Below, in pieces: positions 28,933-38,572 of a stretch of 64,000 nucleotides of DNA; positions within the stretch are counted from its first letter, which is position 1; every line of letters starts with the position of its first letter. The DNA is from Omnitrophica WOR_2 bacterium GWF2_43_52 (lineage in GTDB: Bacteria; Omnitrophota; Gorgyraeia; Gygaellales; UBA12090): contig MHGF01000025.1 in the NCBI GenBank assembly GCA_001805445.1, forward strand, positions 338 to 64,337, given 5' to 3'. The notes under the pieces were generated by a model. That model searched no databases and had not been told where the DNA came from. It saw only the letters and a list, made by a program, of their open reading frames with translations. A program made the position numbers and the translations under genes.

Positions 28933-30246
28933 ATGAATATCGCAATCATAGGAACTGGGTATGTAGGATTAGTCACAGGCGCTTGTTTCGCGGATTTAGG
29001 CAATACCGTTATATGCGTGGATAACAATAAGGATAAAATCGCTTCGCTTAAAAAGCTGATAATGCCTATTTATGAGCCGGGGCTTGATGAATTGGTCAGG
29101 CGCAACGTTAAGGAAAAACGGCTTTGTTTTAGCGCCGATATCAAGGAAGCCCTCAGGAAGTCAAAAATAATTTTTATCGCCGTTGGCACCCCTCCATTAG
29201 ATAACGGCGATGCCGATCTTACCGGGGTAGAAAACGTCGCCAAAGCCATCGCGAAAAACTTAAACGGATATAAACTGATAGTGGAAAAATCGACGGTGCC
29301 GGTAGAAACAGGTTTTTGGGTTGAGCATACCATTAAGGTCAATCTCCCGAACGCGAAAAAAGGGAAAATCAGCTTTGATGTCGCTTCAAATCCCGAATTT
29401 TTGCGGGAAGGCCAGGCTATCAACGATTTTATGCATCCTGACAGGATTGTTATTGGCGTGGAGTCGCAGGCTGCCAGGGAGCTTTTATGTGATTTGTATA
29501 AGCCGCTTAAAACACATCTTGTTGTTACCGATATAAAATCAGCCGAAATTATCAAGCACGCGTCTAATTCCTTTCTCGCTACTAAAATTTCGTTTATCAA
29601 TGCCATAGCGCAGATATGTGAGCGCGTGGGAGCGGATGTCGTTAAGGTCGCTGACGGTATGGGGATGGATAAAAGAATTGGCAGGGCATTTTTAGACGCG
29701 GGAATAGGCTATGGAGGCTCCTGTTTTCCTAAAGACCTGGATGCTTTTATCACCATTGCCAGGAAAAACGGCTATGATTTTGAATTGCTTAAGGCAGTGC
29801 GGGATATTAATGAGTATCAGAAAAAAGATATCGTTAAAAAAATTAAGGACGCATTGTGGATACTCAAAGATAAGCGTATTTGCCTTTTGGGGCTTTCTTT
29901 TAAACCCAATACCGATGACCTGCGAAGCGCTCCTTCGTTGGCTATTATTGAGTCACTTCAGTCAGAAGGCGCGAAAATAAGGGTTTTTGATCCCCAGAGT
30001 ATGGAAAAGGCCAAAGAAATAGTTCAGGGAGTTACCTTTTGTAAAGATGCCTATCAGGCGGCAAAAGGCGCGGATTGCGTTGTTATTGTAACCGAATGGA
30101 ATGAGTTTAAGGAGCTTGATGTAGCACGGCTTAAAAAAATTATGCATCAGCCCCTTATTATCGACGGTAGAAACATCTATGAACCGCAGGTAATGAAGAA
30201 AAACGGTTTCCGCTATATCGGGATGGGGAGAGGAAAGAGGCAATGA
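28933..30246 (+). CDS. ugd: UDP-glucose 6-dehydrogenase
   Basis: 'IAIIGTGYVGLV' Rossmann fold and a catalytic 'GGSCFPKD' motif. Confidence 0.85.
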   Translation: MNIAIIGTGYVGLVTGACFADLGNTVICVDNNKDKIASLKKLIMPIYEPGLDELVRRNVKEKRLCFSADIKEALRKSKIIFIAVGTPPLDNGDADLTGVENVAKAIAKNLNGYKLIVEKSTVPVETGFWVEHTIKVNLPNAKKGKISFDVASNPEFLREGQAINDFMHPDRIVIGVESQAARELLCDLYKPLKTHLVVTDIKSAEIIKHASNSFLATKISFINAIAQICERVGADVVKVADGMGMDKRIGRAFLDAGIGYGGSCFPKDLDAFITIARKNGYDFELLKAVRDINEYQKKDIVKKIKDALWILKDKRICLLGLSFKPNTDDLRSAPSLAIIESLQSEGAKIRVFDPQSMEKAKEIVQGVTFCKDAYQAAKGADCVVIVTEWNEFKELDVARLKKIMHQPLIIDGRNIYEPQVMKKNGFRYIGMGRGKRQ

Positions 30247-30689
30247 TCCAGGGTGTAAAGGTAAAACAACTAAAAGTGTTTCCCGACGGCCGGGGAAAAC
30301 TGATGGAAATCTTGCGTTGTGACGACGAAATATTCCAGAAGTTCGGGCAGGTGTATTTTACTACCGCGTATCCGGGAGTTGCCAAGGCCTGGCACTATCA
30401 TAAGAAACAGGATGACCACTTCTGTTGTATCAAAGGGAAGATGCGTTTGGCACTGTATGACGCGCGGAAAACATCAAAAACCTATCGGAAGATTAATGAG
30501 TTTGAGTTAAGCCTGGAGAATCCCCTTTTAGTGAGAATCCCAAAGAAGGTCTACCATGGGTTTAAGTGTATCAGTGATGAGGAAGCCGTTGTCATTAATG
30601 TGCCTACTGTCGCCTATAACCGGGATAATCCCGATGAATACAGGATAGATGCCTTTGATAATGATATCCCGTATGACTGGAGAAAGTAA
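30243..30689 (+). CDS. rfbC: dTDP-4-dehydrorhamnose 3,5-epimerase-like cupin (RmlC family)
   Basis: RmlC-like motifs ('WHYHK', 'CIKGK', 'YHGF'). Confidence 0.65.
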   Translation: MIQGVKVKQLKVFPDGRGKLMEILRCDDEIFQKFGQVYFTTAYPGVAKAWHYHKKQDDHFCCIKGKMRLALYDARKTSKTYRKINEFELSLENPLLVRIPKKVYHGFKCISDEEAVVINVPTVAYNRDNPDEYRIDAFDNDIPYDWRK

Positions 30690-31429
30690 TGCCGAAAGCT
30701 GATAGCCTTAAAGGGATTATTTTATGCGGAGGGCTGGGAAAGCGCCTCGAGCCTTTAACCCGGATTACCAACAAACATTTGCTTCCTGTGTATGATAAAC
30801 CGATGGTTTATTATACCATTCAAACCCTGGTTGAGGCGGGGATACAGGATATTATGATTGTCACCGGAGGCAATAACGCGGGAGATTTCCTGAGGTTGAT
30901 CGGTAACGGCCAGGAATTCGGCTTACGCCATATCAATTATACCTATCAAAGAGGGGAAGGCGGTATTGCCGAGGCATTAGGGTTGACCGAGCATTTTGCC
31001 GATGGCTCAAAGATTGTGGTTGTCTTGGGAGATAACCTTATCGGTGGGTCAATCAAAAAATACGTAGACAAGTTTAGGAGGCAGGAGAAGGGTGCCCGTG
31101 TCCTTGTAAAGAAGGTGCAAGACCCCGAGCGCTTCGGCGTAGCCGAAATTAAAAACGGGAAAATAGTATCCATAGAAGAGAAACCGAAGAAGCCGAAATC
31201 CTGCTACGTCATTACCGGTATCTATATGTATGATGAAAAAGTGTTTGATATTATCAAAACCTTGAAACCCTCAGGCCGCGGAGAATTTGAAATAACCGAC
31301 GTGAATAACGCCTACTTGAAAAAGAACGAACTCTCGTATGATATTTTAAATTGCTGGTGGACAGATTGCGGCCTCCCTGAGACACTCTATCGCGCCGCTA
31401 CCTTAGTGCGAAAGAAATGTAAGGAATAA
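30689..31429 (+). CDS. rfbA: Glucose-1-phosphate thymidylyltransferase, short form (sugar nucleotidyltransferase)
   Basis: 'GIILCGGLGKRLEPLT' nucleotidyltransferase motif. Confidence 0.7.
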   Translation: MPKADSLKGIILCGGLGKRLEPLTRITNKHLLPVYDKPMVYYTIQTLVEAGIQDIMIVTGGNNAGDFLRLIGNGQEFGLRHINYTYQRGEGGIAEALGLTEHFADGSKIVVVLGDNLIGGSIKKYVDKFRRQEKGARVLVKKVQDPERFGVAEIKNGKIVSIEEKPKKPKSCYVITGIYMYDEKVFDIIKTLKPSGRGEFEITDVNNAYLKKNELSYDILNCWWTDCGLPETLYRAATLVRKKCKE

Positions 31430-31432
31430 TCC

Positions 31433-32389
31433 ATGAGATTACTTGTGACAGGTGGAGCCGGTTTTATCGGCTCCAATTTTATTAGGCATATCCTTAAGAA
31501 ATATCCGGGCTATAGCGTTACTAATCTGGATAAGCTTACCTATGCCGGTAACCTGGAAAATCTTTCGGATATCGAGAAGAATAAGCGCTACCGGTTTGTC
31601 AAAGGGGATATCGCCAATGGCGCGTTAGTCAGTAAAGTGCTTTCCGAATGCGACTGCCTTGTGAATTTTGCCGCGGCAACACATGTGGACCGTTCAATTT
31701 CTGACGCGTCGGATTTTATCAAGGCCAATATTGCCGGCACGTATGTATTGCTGGAAGCGGCCCGCAAGCACAGGGTAAGGAAGTTTTTGCACATATCAAC
31801 CGATGAAGTCTATGGAAGCATCGAAAAAGGGAGGTCTCAAGAGACAGACGCCCTTTTTCCTAACAGCCCTTATTCGGCAAGTAAAGCGTCAGCCGACCAC
31901 CTGGCGCGGGCGTATCATGTTACCTATAACGTACCTGTTTTGATTACCCGCTCATCGAACAATTTCGGGCCTTATCAGTATCCTGAGAAAGTTATCCCGC
32001 TTTTTATCACGCATCTGCTTGAAGGCAAAAAAGTGCCGCTCTACGGAGATGGGATGAATAAGAGGGATTGGATCTTTGTTGTGGATAATTGCCGGGCTAT
32101 CGATACGGTGCTGCATAAGGGGAAAATCGGAGAAGTGTATAATATCGGCGTAGGTAATGAAATTCCCAATATACTGCTGACTAGGAAAATCCTTCAGTCC
32201 ATGGGTAAGCCTGAGAGTTGCATCAGCCATGTCCAGGATAGGCCTGGCCATGACCGGCGGTACGCTTTGAATGTCAGGAAGCTAAAAGCATTAGGCTGGT
32301 ATCCTGAATTCTCATTTGAGAAAGCCCTTGCCTTGACGATTGCCTGGTATACCAATAACCAAAAGTGGTGGAAAAGAATAAAAAAATAG
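31433..32389 (+). CDS. rfbB: dTDP-glucose 4,6-dehydratase
   Basis: 'VTGGAGFIGSNF' and a YxxxK catalytic motif. Confidence 0.85.
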   Translation: MRLLVTGGAGFIGSNFIRHILKKYPGYSVTNLDKLTYAGNLENLSDIEKNKRYRFVKGDIANGALVSKVLSECDCLVNFAAATHVDRSISDASDFIKANIAGTYVLLEAARKHRVRKFLHISTDEVYGSIEKGRSQETDALFPNSPYSASKASADHLARAYHVTYNVPVLITRSSNNFGPYQYPEKVIPLFITHLLEGKKVPLYGDGMNKRDWIFVVDNCRAIDTVLHKGKIGEVYNIGVGNEIPNILLTRKILQSMGKPESCISHVQDRPGHDRRYALNVRKLKALGWYPEFSFEKALALTIAWYTNNQKWWKRIKK

Positions 32390-33252
32390 TCTTTATAACC
32401 GGCGCGGAAGGCATGTTAGGTAGGGAACTCGCAGCCATATTCGCGAAGCATTATAAGGTTATCGCGCCTGCCCGTAAAGAATGTGATATTACAGACGCTA
32501 AGAAAGTAACGGCTCTTTTTCTGCGGTACAGGCCGTGGCTTGCGATACACGCGGCAGGTTTTACCGATGTTGACGGCTGCGAAGAGAATGTAAGAAAAGC
32601 GTACGCGGTCAATGCCCAAGGCACCTGTATCGTGAGTAAGGCGGCCCGCACAAGCGGTACAGTGCTTATCTATGTGAGCACGGATTATGTCTTTAGCGGT
32701 GCCAAGCATGCTGCCTACCGGGAAACCGACAGGGTTCATCCCTTAAGTGTTTACGGCAGGACTAAATTAGAGGGAGAAGAGTTCGTAAGGAAGCTGTTAA
32801 AAAAACACATTATTATTCGTACTTCCTGGCTTTTTGGGACAGGCAGGGATAATTTTATCACGAATGTCATGGCATGGGCAAAAGAGAAAGAATGCTTTTC
32901 TATTGTTTGCGATAAGTACGCCTGTCCGACATATACCATTGACCTGGCAAAGGCACTGTATCTTATCGCAAAGCGCATTGATACCCATAAGCCCGGAGAT
33001 ACATTCTATGGCACCTATCATATTGCTAATTCCGGGTATTGCTCGTGGTTTGATTACGCCAACTATATCCTAAAGGTGGCCAAGGTAAAGAATGTCCGGC
33101 TTCTACCCGTTGCGATGGCACAGATGAAGTTTAAGGCCAAGCGCCCGGCGTTTTCCGTGTTGGATAGCACGAAATTTAACCGGGTGTTTGGATATAAGCT
33201 CAGGCCATGGCAAAAAGCAGTAAAGGAGTATATGCAATGTACATACCATTAG
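32365..33252 (+). CDS. rfbD: dTDP-4-dehydrorhamnose reductase
   Basis: RmlD-like short-chain dehydrogenase/reductase fold, in the rml cluster. Confidence 0.8.
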   Translation: MVEKNKKIVFITGAEGMLGRELAAIFAKHYKVIAPARKECDITDAKKVTALFLRYRPWLAIHAAGFTDVDGCEENVRKAYAVNAQGTCIVSKAARTSGTVLIYVSTDYVFSGAKHAAYRETDRVHPLSVYGRTKLEGEEFVRKLLKKHIIIRTSWLFGTGRDNFITNVMAWAKEKECFSIVCDKYACPTYTIDLAKALYLIAKRIDTHKPGDTFYGTYHIANSGYCSWFDYANYILKVAKVKNVRLLPVAMAQMKFKAKRPAFSVLDSTKFNRVFGYKLRPWQKAVKEYMQCTYH

Positions 33253-34523
33253 AGAAAAAAATAAAGAATAAAAGCGCTCAAGTTGCGGTGATAGGTTTGG
33301 GATATGTTGGATTACCTCTTGCGGTTGAGCTTGCAAAGGCGGGCTTTCACGTTACGGGAATTGATACCGATAGTGATAGAGTGCATAATGTCAAAAACGC
33401 AATTCCCTATATCCTGGATGTAGATAGTAAAGATGTAAAAAGATTAGTTAAAGAGGCTTCATTAGTAGCGACGACTGATTTTCGGCGCTTAGGCCATGTT
33501 GATGTTATTATTATCTGTGTCCCTACGCCGCTCAAGCGAAAATACCAGCCGAATATAAGCTATATTAAGCAGGCAGTTACCCAGATAAAACAGCATCTGC
33601 GCAAAGGGCAGTTAGTGATTTTAGAAAGTACGACGTATCCCGGGACAACGGATGAGGTTATCCTGCCGATGCTTGAGTCAACCGGTTTAAAATGCGGGAT
33701 AGACTTCTTTTTAGTCTTTTCTCCCGAAAGAATTGACCCGGGCAATGAAAAATTCCCCTTAAACAAAATCCCTAAGGTTGTCGGAGGGGTGACTCAGGAG
33801 TCCGCGCATTTATTCAAATTGTTGTATGAAAATATCATAGAGCGGGTCGTCACTGTCTCAAGCCCGCGCGCTGCCGAGACGGTAAAGCTTTTAGAGAATA
33901 CCTTCCGCCTTATCAATATCGGGTTAGTCAACGAACTCGCGATGCTCTGTCATACCATGAATATGGATGTCTGGGAAATAATTGACGCGGCAAAGACCAA
34001 GCCTTTCGGTTTTATGCCCTTTTATCCGGGGCCGGGCGTCGGCGGCCATTGCATTCCAAAAGACCCTTTATATTTATATTGGAAAGCAAAGCTCCACGGG
34101 TTTAAGTCGCGTTTTATAAAATTGGCCTCAGATTTAAACTCCTCGATGCCGGCGTATGTCGTGAACCGTTTACATGCCCTGAAGCCTTTACCGGGGGCAA
34201 AAATTTTGGTCTTAGGGGTAACCTACAAGAAAGATGTGAAAGACCTTCGTAAATCCCCGCCTTTAGAGATAATTGATTTGCTTAAGAAAAACAAGGCTGA
34301 TGTTTTTTATGCTGACCCGCTTATTCCTTACCTCAAATTTGGGCATTTTAATGTAAAGGCAACTCCTCTTACTTCCAAAGCCTTAAGCGCTATGGACTGC
34401 GCGGTAGTGGTTACTGACCACACCAGTTTTGACTATGATTTTATCCTCAAGCATTCCAAGCGTATCTTTGATACCCGTAACGCCTATAAGGGTAATAAGA
34501 GCGATAAGATCATTCGTCTGTAA
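33237..34523 (+). CDS. UDP-N-acetyl-D-mannosamine/glucosamine dehydrogenase-family NDP-sugar dehydrogenase (WecC/TviB-like)
   Basis: 'VIGLGYVGLPLA' and 'GGHCIPKD' motifs. The start was moved to the ATG at 33237, which follows an AAGGAG RBS; the ORF track start is 33207. Confidence 0.75.
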   Translation: MYIPLEKKIKNKSAQVAVIGLGYVGLPLAVELAKAGFHVTGIDTDSDRVHNVKNAIPYILDVDSKDVKRLVKEASLVATTDFRRLGHVDVIIICVPTPLKRKYQPNISYIKQAVTQIKQHLRKGQLVILESTTYPGTTDEVILPMLESTGLKCGIDFFLVFSPERIDPGNEKFPLNKIPKVVGGVTQESAHLFKLLYENIIERVVTVSSPRAAETVKLLENTFRLINIGLVNELAMLCHTMNMDVWEIIDAAKTKPFGFMPFYPGPGVGGHCIPKDPLYLYWKAKLHGFKSRFIKLASDLNSSMPAYVVNRLHALKPLPGAKILVLGVTYKKDVKDLRKSPPLEIIDLLKKNKADVFYADPLIPYLKFGHFNVKATPLTSKALSAMDCAVVVTDHTSFDYDFILKHSKRIFDTRNAYKGNKSDKIIRL

Positions 34524-34982
34524 ATCCTTGAGAAAATATTCATAGCATCTCTTTAGCATCGATGTAATTCTTCCCGCATGTTAGAGAGTGTCTTTGTACT
34601 CACACGCTCTCTTATCGTAAAGATTCCCGCAATAAAAGATAACCCAGAATAGTTTTATTATTACACTGTGATAAGAAATTTGGGTCACTGTGTAGTAGTG
34701 CTCCGTGACATAAATTCTTACTATCTGCAACACTTCACTTGCCAGCGGGGGTGGCAAGGTTGTGTTTGAGCCCCGCCGTAGGCGGGGCGAAAACATAACC
34801 TTGACAGGACCTCCGCCCTATATTCAAACATGATAGCGCAATGCCAAAATCTAATGTCACAGCGCAGCAGGATAATAGAGGTAATTTCATGATAATGTAA
34901 AAATATGTCATGATATGTAAATATTCTTCTTGACAATTGTGCTAACTATTATAAAATGTAACCTATGGTGTCAGAGGCTCTT

Positions 34983-35132
34983 ATGACTATTGATGACCTG
35001 GCGGGGTATTTAAAGGTTAAAAAGCGCACTATTTATGAGTGGCTTAAAAAGAAGAAGATTCCCGCTTCAAAAGTCATTGGGCAGTGGAGGTTCCGTCGGG
35101 AAAGAATAGATGCGTGGCTTGAGAATGAGTAG
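34983..35132 (+). CDS. Small HTH_17 (excisionase/AlpA-like) DNA-binding protein, 49 aa. It is below the ORF-track size cutoff.
   Basis: 'MTIDDLAGYLKVKKRTIYEWLKKKKIPASKVIGQWRFRRERIDAWL' matches the HTH_17 motif. A TTGACA-N17-TAAAAT promoter lies about 45 bp upstream. Confidence 0.6.
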   Translation: MTIDDLAGYLKVKKRTIYEWLKKKKIPASKVIGQWRFRRERIDAWLENE

Positions 35133-35173
35133 TTGTCAGCATACGTGCCTCTTACGAGGGCGAAAGGAGATAG

Positions 35174-38100
35174 ATGTATTTTAAGAAATTAGAGCTCTTG
35201 GGATTTAAATCTTTTGCCGATAAAACAACCTTGTATTTTGAACCGGGAATAACCGCGGTAGTCGGGCCCAATGGATGCGGGAAGTCGAATATTTTTGATG
35301 CTATCCGCTGGGTTTTAGGCGAGCAATCCGTTAAATCTCTGCGCGGCTCTAAAATGGAGGATGTCATTTTTAACGGTACCGAAAGCATTCCCGCGTTAGG
35401 CTACGCGGAGGTTTCGTTAACCTTTGCTAATGAGACGAAGGTTTTGCCTATTGATTATGATGAGGTAACGGTGACCCGCAGGCTTTTCCGCTCCGGAGAA
35501 AGCGAATATTGTATTAATAAGACGCAGGTGCGGCTTAAGGATATAACTGAGCTTTTTTTAGGCACCGGTATTGGCGCGGAGAGTTATTCTTTAATTGAAC
35601 AGGGTAAGATAGATTTGATATTGAGTTCAAAACCCGAAGACAGGCGCTTAGTGTTCGATGAGGCCGCTGGAATCAGTAAGTATAAATCACAGAAAAGGGA
35701 AACGATGCGTAGGCTAGAAGATGCCGAGGCAAATCTTCTTCGTATCAATGATATTATTATTGAGGTTAAACGTCAGATAAACTCTCTTGAGCGCCAGGCG
35801 GCAAAGGCACGGCGCTATAAAGATGTTTTCGAAAAGCTTAAAGGCCTTGAAACTACCTTGGCTGCTTACCAGTTAGGAGAGTATGAAGCGCAAATAGCCC
35901 AGCTTAACCTGCAGCTTGAGCAGTTGATAGCTACGGAGATGCGCGATGCCCAGGCAATTGAAGGGCTGCATAAGGAATGTGCTGAGCGTCAGAAGGAATT
36001 GGATGGGCTGGAAACTCAGTTAAGCGATTTCCGAAGCCGGGCAACGACTGCTGCCAATGCCATTGCCCATGATGTTCAGGAGCTCGGGTTTAATCGCGAA
36101 CGCATAGAGGAACTCAAGAAGCGGATAGCGCTGCTTGCAGGGCAAAGGGAAGAGCTTGCTATAAAAATTACCCAAGACCGCCAGAAGATAGATAATTTTA
36201 AGGCTAACCTTGATGTTTTAATCAGAGAATTGGAGGGAAAAAATGGCTTGGAAGCAAAAGCCAGCAGCGAACTTGAAAACGTTAGCCTTACGATTACCAC
36301 TGCTCAGGCGACACTAAAAGAAGCAAAGACAAAAGTCATAGAATTCGCCGCGCAGGAAGCATTGCTGCATAATCAGGTGAATGATTTTACCAGCCAGTTG
36401 AATCAGGCAATTGCCCGGAAAAAGCGGCTGGATATAGAAAAGCTTAAGAATGAAGAAGAACTTTCGCTCGTCAATCAGAATTTAATGGCCGCGCAGGAGT
36501 TGGAGGATACCTCGTATAGAGCATTCACCAGCCGTAAAGAAGAATGTGAGCAGATAAAAACACGCAATAACCAGTGCCTTCAGGCAAAAGACTCTCTCAG
36601 CGCGCAGCTGCAAAATCATGAAAATGAGCTAGCCGCGCTTTCATCGCAAAAAGAATTTTTATGCAACTTAAAACTGCAGTATGAGAATATTACTGAATCC
36701 TCAAACGCCACGGTCTTGCTTGATGTTTTAAGTGACGAAAAAGTCAGCGGAATTATTATTAAGGTTGAAGAGGTCCAAAAAATTCAAGAGGGCGGCTCCG
36801 GTATTGTTGGGCAGGCAAAGTTTAAGGCCAGAGGAGTTGCTAAGCCTATTTCCTTAGATCCGGAGGAGGTTATCAATAAAATCGAGGCTCTTACTCAGCA
36901 GATACAAACGTTGACGGATTCCCTCGCGCGAAAAAGCCAGGAAATTACAGAATTGGCGCTAAGGCTCGACGGCGCGGAGAAGTCTTTACGCGAAAGCGAA
37001 TTGGAATATAACACCTGTAGAAATAAAAAGGATAATATACGCCAGCATGCTCAAAGGCTTAAAGATGAGTTCGATGTGGTGTGTCTTGAGACGCAGGATA
37101 TCGATGCGCAGGTCAGTAAGCTCACTATAGAAGAAAAGTCTTTCAACGAGAGGCTGGTTACTATCACAGAATTGTCGAAGGCTAATCAGGAAACGATAGA
37201 CCGATGCCTTGAGGAAATAGCCTCTGGCAATAGCGCGAAAGAACGGATATTACTATCGCTTACACAGTTAAAGACGGAGATTTCCGCCTATCAGGAAAAA
37301 GTGGCAGGACAGCAGGAAGCGCGCTCACTCCTTGAAGAGGCTTACGTAAAAAGTAATGCTGATAGAGAAGCTATTTGCAGGGAGGAATCAGATTCCAAGA
37401 AACGTATTCAGGATTTAGAAAGCCAGATCGGCATCCTTGAAGCCGGTATAGAAGATTTCAAAAAGCAGAAAGAACTCTTCGAGGAGGAGATACAAAAAAA
37501 CGCGGCAGCGTTTTCTGAATCAAAGCAGGCACTCTCCTCCGTGCAGGATGCCATTACTCAGAAAAAGGATACCCTTGATGAGATTAAGTCTAAGGTTCAT
37601 GAATTGCAGCTGCAGTTGCAGCAGGTGACGTTTTTACGCAGCGGCATAGAGGAACGTATGCATCAGGTATATAAAATGCAGGCGCCTGAGGTACGCGGCC
37701 ATCTTCAGGAGGATTTAAATATAGAAGAGGTTTCTCAGGAAGTGGAATTGTTGAAACAAAAGATTGAATCTTACGGGCAGGTGAATTTGGTGGCAATTGA
37801 GGAGTTTGATGAGCTTAAACAGCGCTATGATTTTCTTATCAACCAGCAGTCAGATTTATTAAAATCAAAAGAGTCATTGCATGAAGCCATTTTAAAGATA
37901 AACCGTACCACAAAAAAGATATTTTTAGAGACTTTTGAGAAGCTGGTAGTAGAATTTAAGAATTATTTTCGCCTGCTTTTTGGAGGAGGAGATGCCCAGC
38001 TTTTTCTGGTTGACGAGCAGGATGTTTTAGAAAGCGGCATCGAGATTGTCTGCCGTCCTCCGGGCAAGAAGCTGCAGAACGTGCTGCTTCTTTCCGGCGG

Positions 38101-38431
38101 GGAAAAGTCAATGTCAGCAAGCGCTCTTATGTTTGCTATTTTTAAGGTCAAGCCTTCTCCGTTTTGCGTGCTGGATGAGATTGATGCTGCTTTAGATGAG
38201 GCAAACGTGGATAGGTTTAGCCGCATGCTCGTTGATTTTACCGCGCAGTCGCAGTTTATCGTTATTACCCATAATAAGAAAACTATCGCCAATGCCAATA
38301 TCATGTACGGGATTACTATGGAGAAGGCGGGGATTTCAAAGATTGTTTCGGTAAAATTAGCGGAAAACACAGAAAAGAAAAAACTTGTTAGCTCGCTCCA
38401 AGAAGAACAAAAGGTTCCTGAGGCGGTGTAA
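35174..38431 (+). CDS. smc: Chromosome partition protein SMC
   Basis: N-terminal Walker A 'GPNGCGKSN', a long coiled-coil with a hinge, and a C-terminal 'LSGGEKS' plus Walker B. Confidence 0.9.
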   Translation: MYFKKLELLGFKSFADKTTLYFEPGITAVVGPNGCGKSNIFDAIRWVLGEQSVKSLRGSKMEDVIFNGTESIPALGYAEVSLTFANETKVLPIDYDEVTVTRRLFRSGESEYCINKTQVRLKDITELFLGTGIGAESYSLIEQGKIDLILSSKPEDRRLVFDEAAGISKYKSQKRETMRRLEDAEANLLRINDIIIEVKRQINSLERQAAKARRYKDVFEKLKGLETTLAAYQLGEYEAQIAQLNLQLEQLIATEMRDAQAIEGLHKECAERQKELDGLETQLSDFRSRATTAANAIAHDVQELGFNRERIEELKKRIALLAGQREELAIKITQDRQKIDNFKANLDVLIRELEGKNGLEAKASSELENVSLTITTAQATLKEAKTKVIEFAAQEALLHNQVNDFTSQLNQAIARKKRLDIEKLKNEEELSLVNQNLMAAQELEDTSYRAFTSRKEECEQIKTRNNQCLQAKDSLSAQLQNHENELAALSSQKEFLCNLKLQYENITESSNATVLLDVLSDEKVSGIIIKVEEVQKIQEGGSGIVGQAKFKARGVAKPISLDPEEVINKIEALTQQIQTLTDSLARKSQEITELALRLDGAEKSLRESELEYNTCRNKKDNIRQHAQRLKDEFDVVCLETQDIDAQVSKLTIEEKSFNERLVTITELSKANQETIDRCLEEIASGNSAKERILLSLTQLKTEISAYQEKVAGQQEARSLLEEAYVKSNADREAICREESDSKKRIQDLESQIGILEAGIEDFKKQKELFEEEIQKNAAAFSESKQALSSVQDAITQKKDTLDEIKSKVHELQLQLQQVTFLRSGIEERMHQVYKMQAPEVRGHLQEDLNIEEVSQEVELLKQKIESYGQVNLVAIEEFDELKQRYDFLINQQSDLLKSKESLHEAILKINRTTKKIFLETFEKLVVEFKNYFRLLFGGGDAQLFLVDEQDVLESGIEIVCRPPGKKLQNVLLLSGGEKSMSASALMFAIFKVKPSPFCVLDEIDAALDEANVDRFSRMLVDFTAQSQFIVITHNKKTIANANIMYGITMEKAGISKIVSVKLAENTEKKKLVSSLQEEQKVPEAV

Positions 38432-38572
38432 CCAAAGGCAGGAGTATGTGTCCTCCTGCAAAGCTTTTTCTCTCACCCCAGAGTTGTGTCTTTAGAGTAA
38501 CGTAATCGTATAAACCACTAAGCATACCGTTACTAAAAAGCGCTCATAGGCAGTCGCAGCGTTTTTTCTAAC

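Noticed and set aside
29070-29606. 178-aa minus-strand ORF
   Set aside because: It is antisense to ugd.
28815-34810. A DNA-invertase-controlled invertible segment
   Set aside because: No invertase or recombinase gene lies inside or adjacent to the segment. It is kept only as a possibility, to be tested with long reads.
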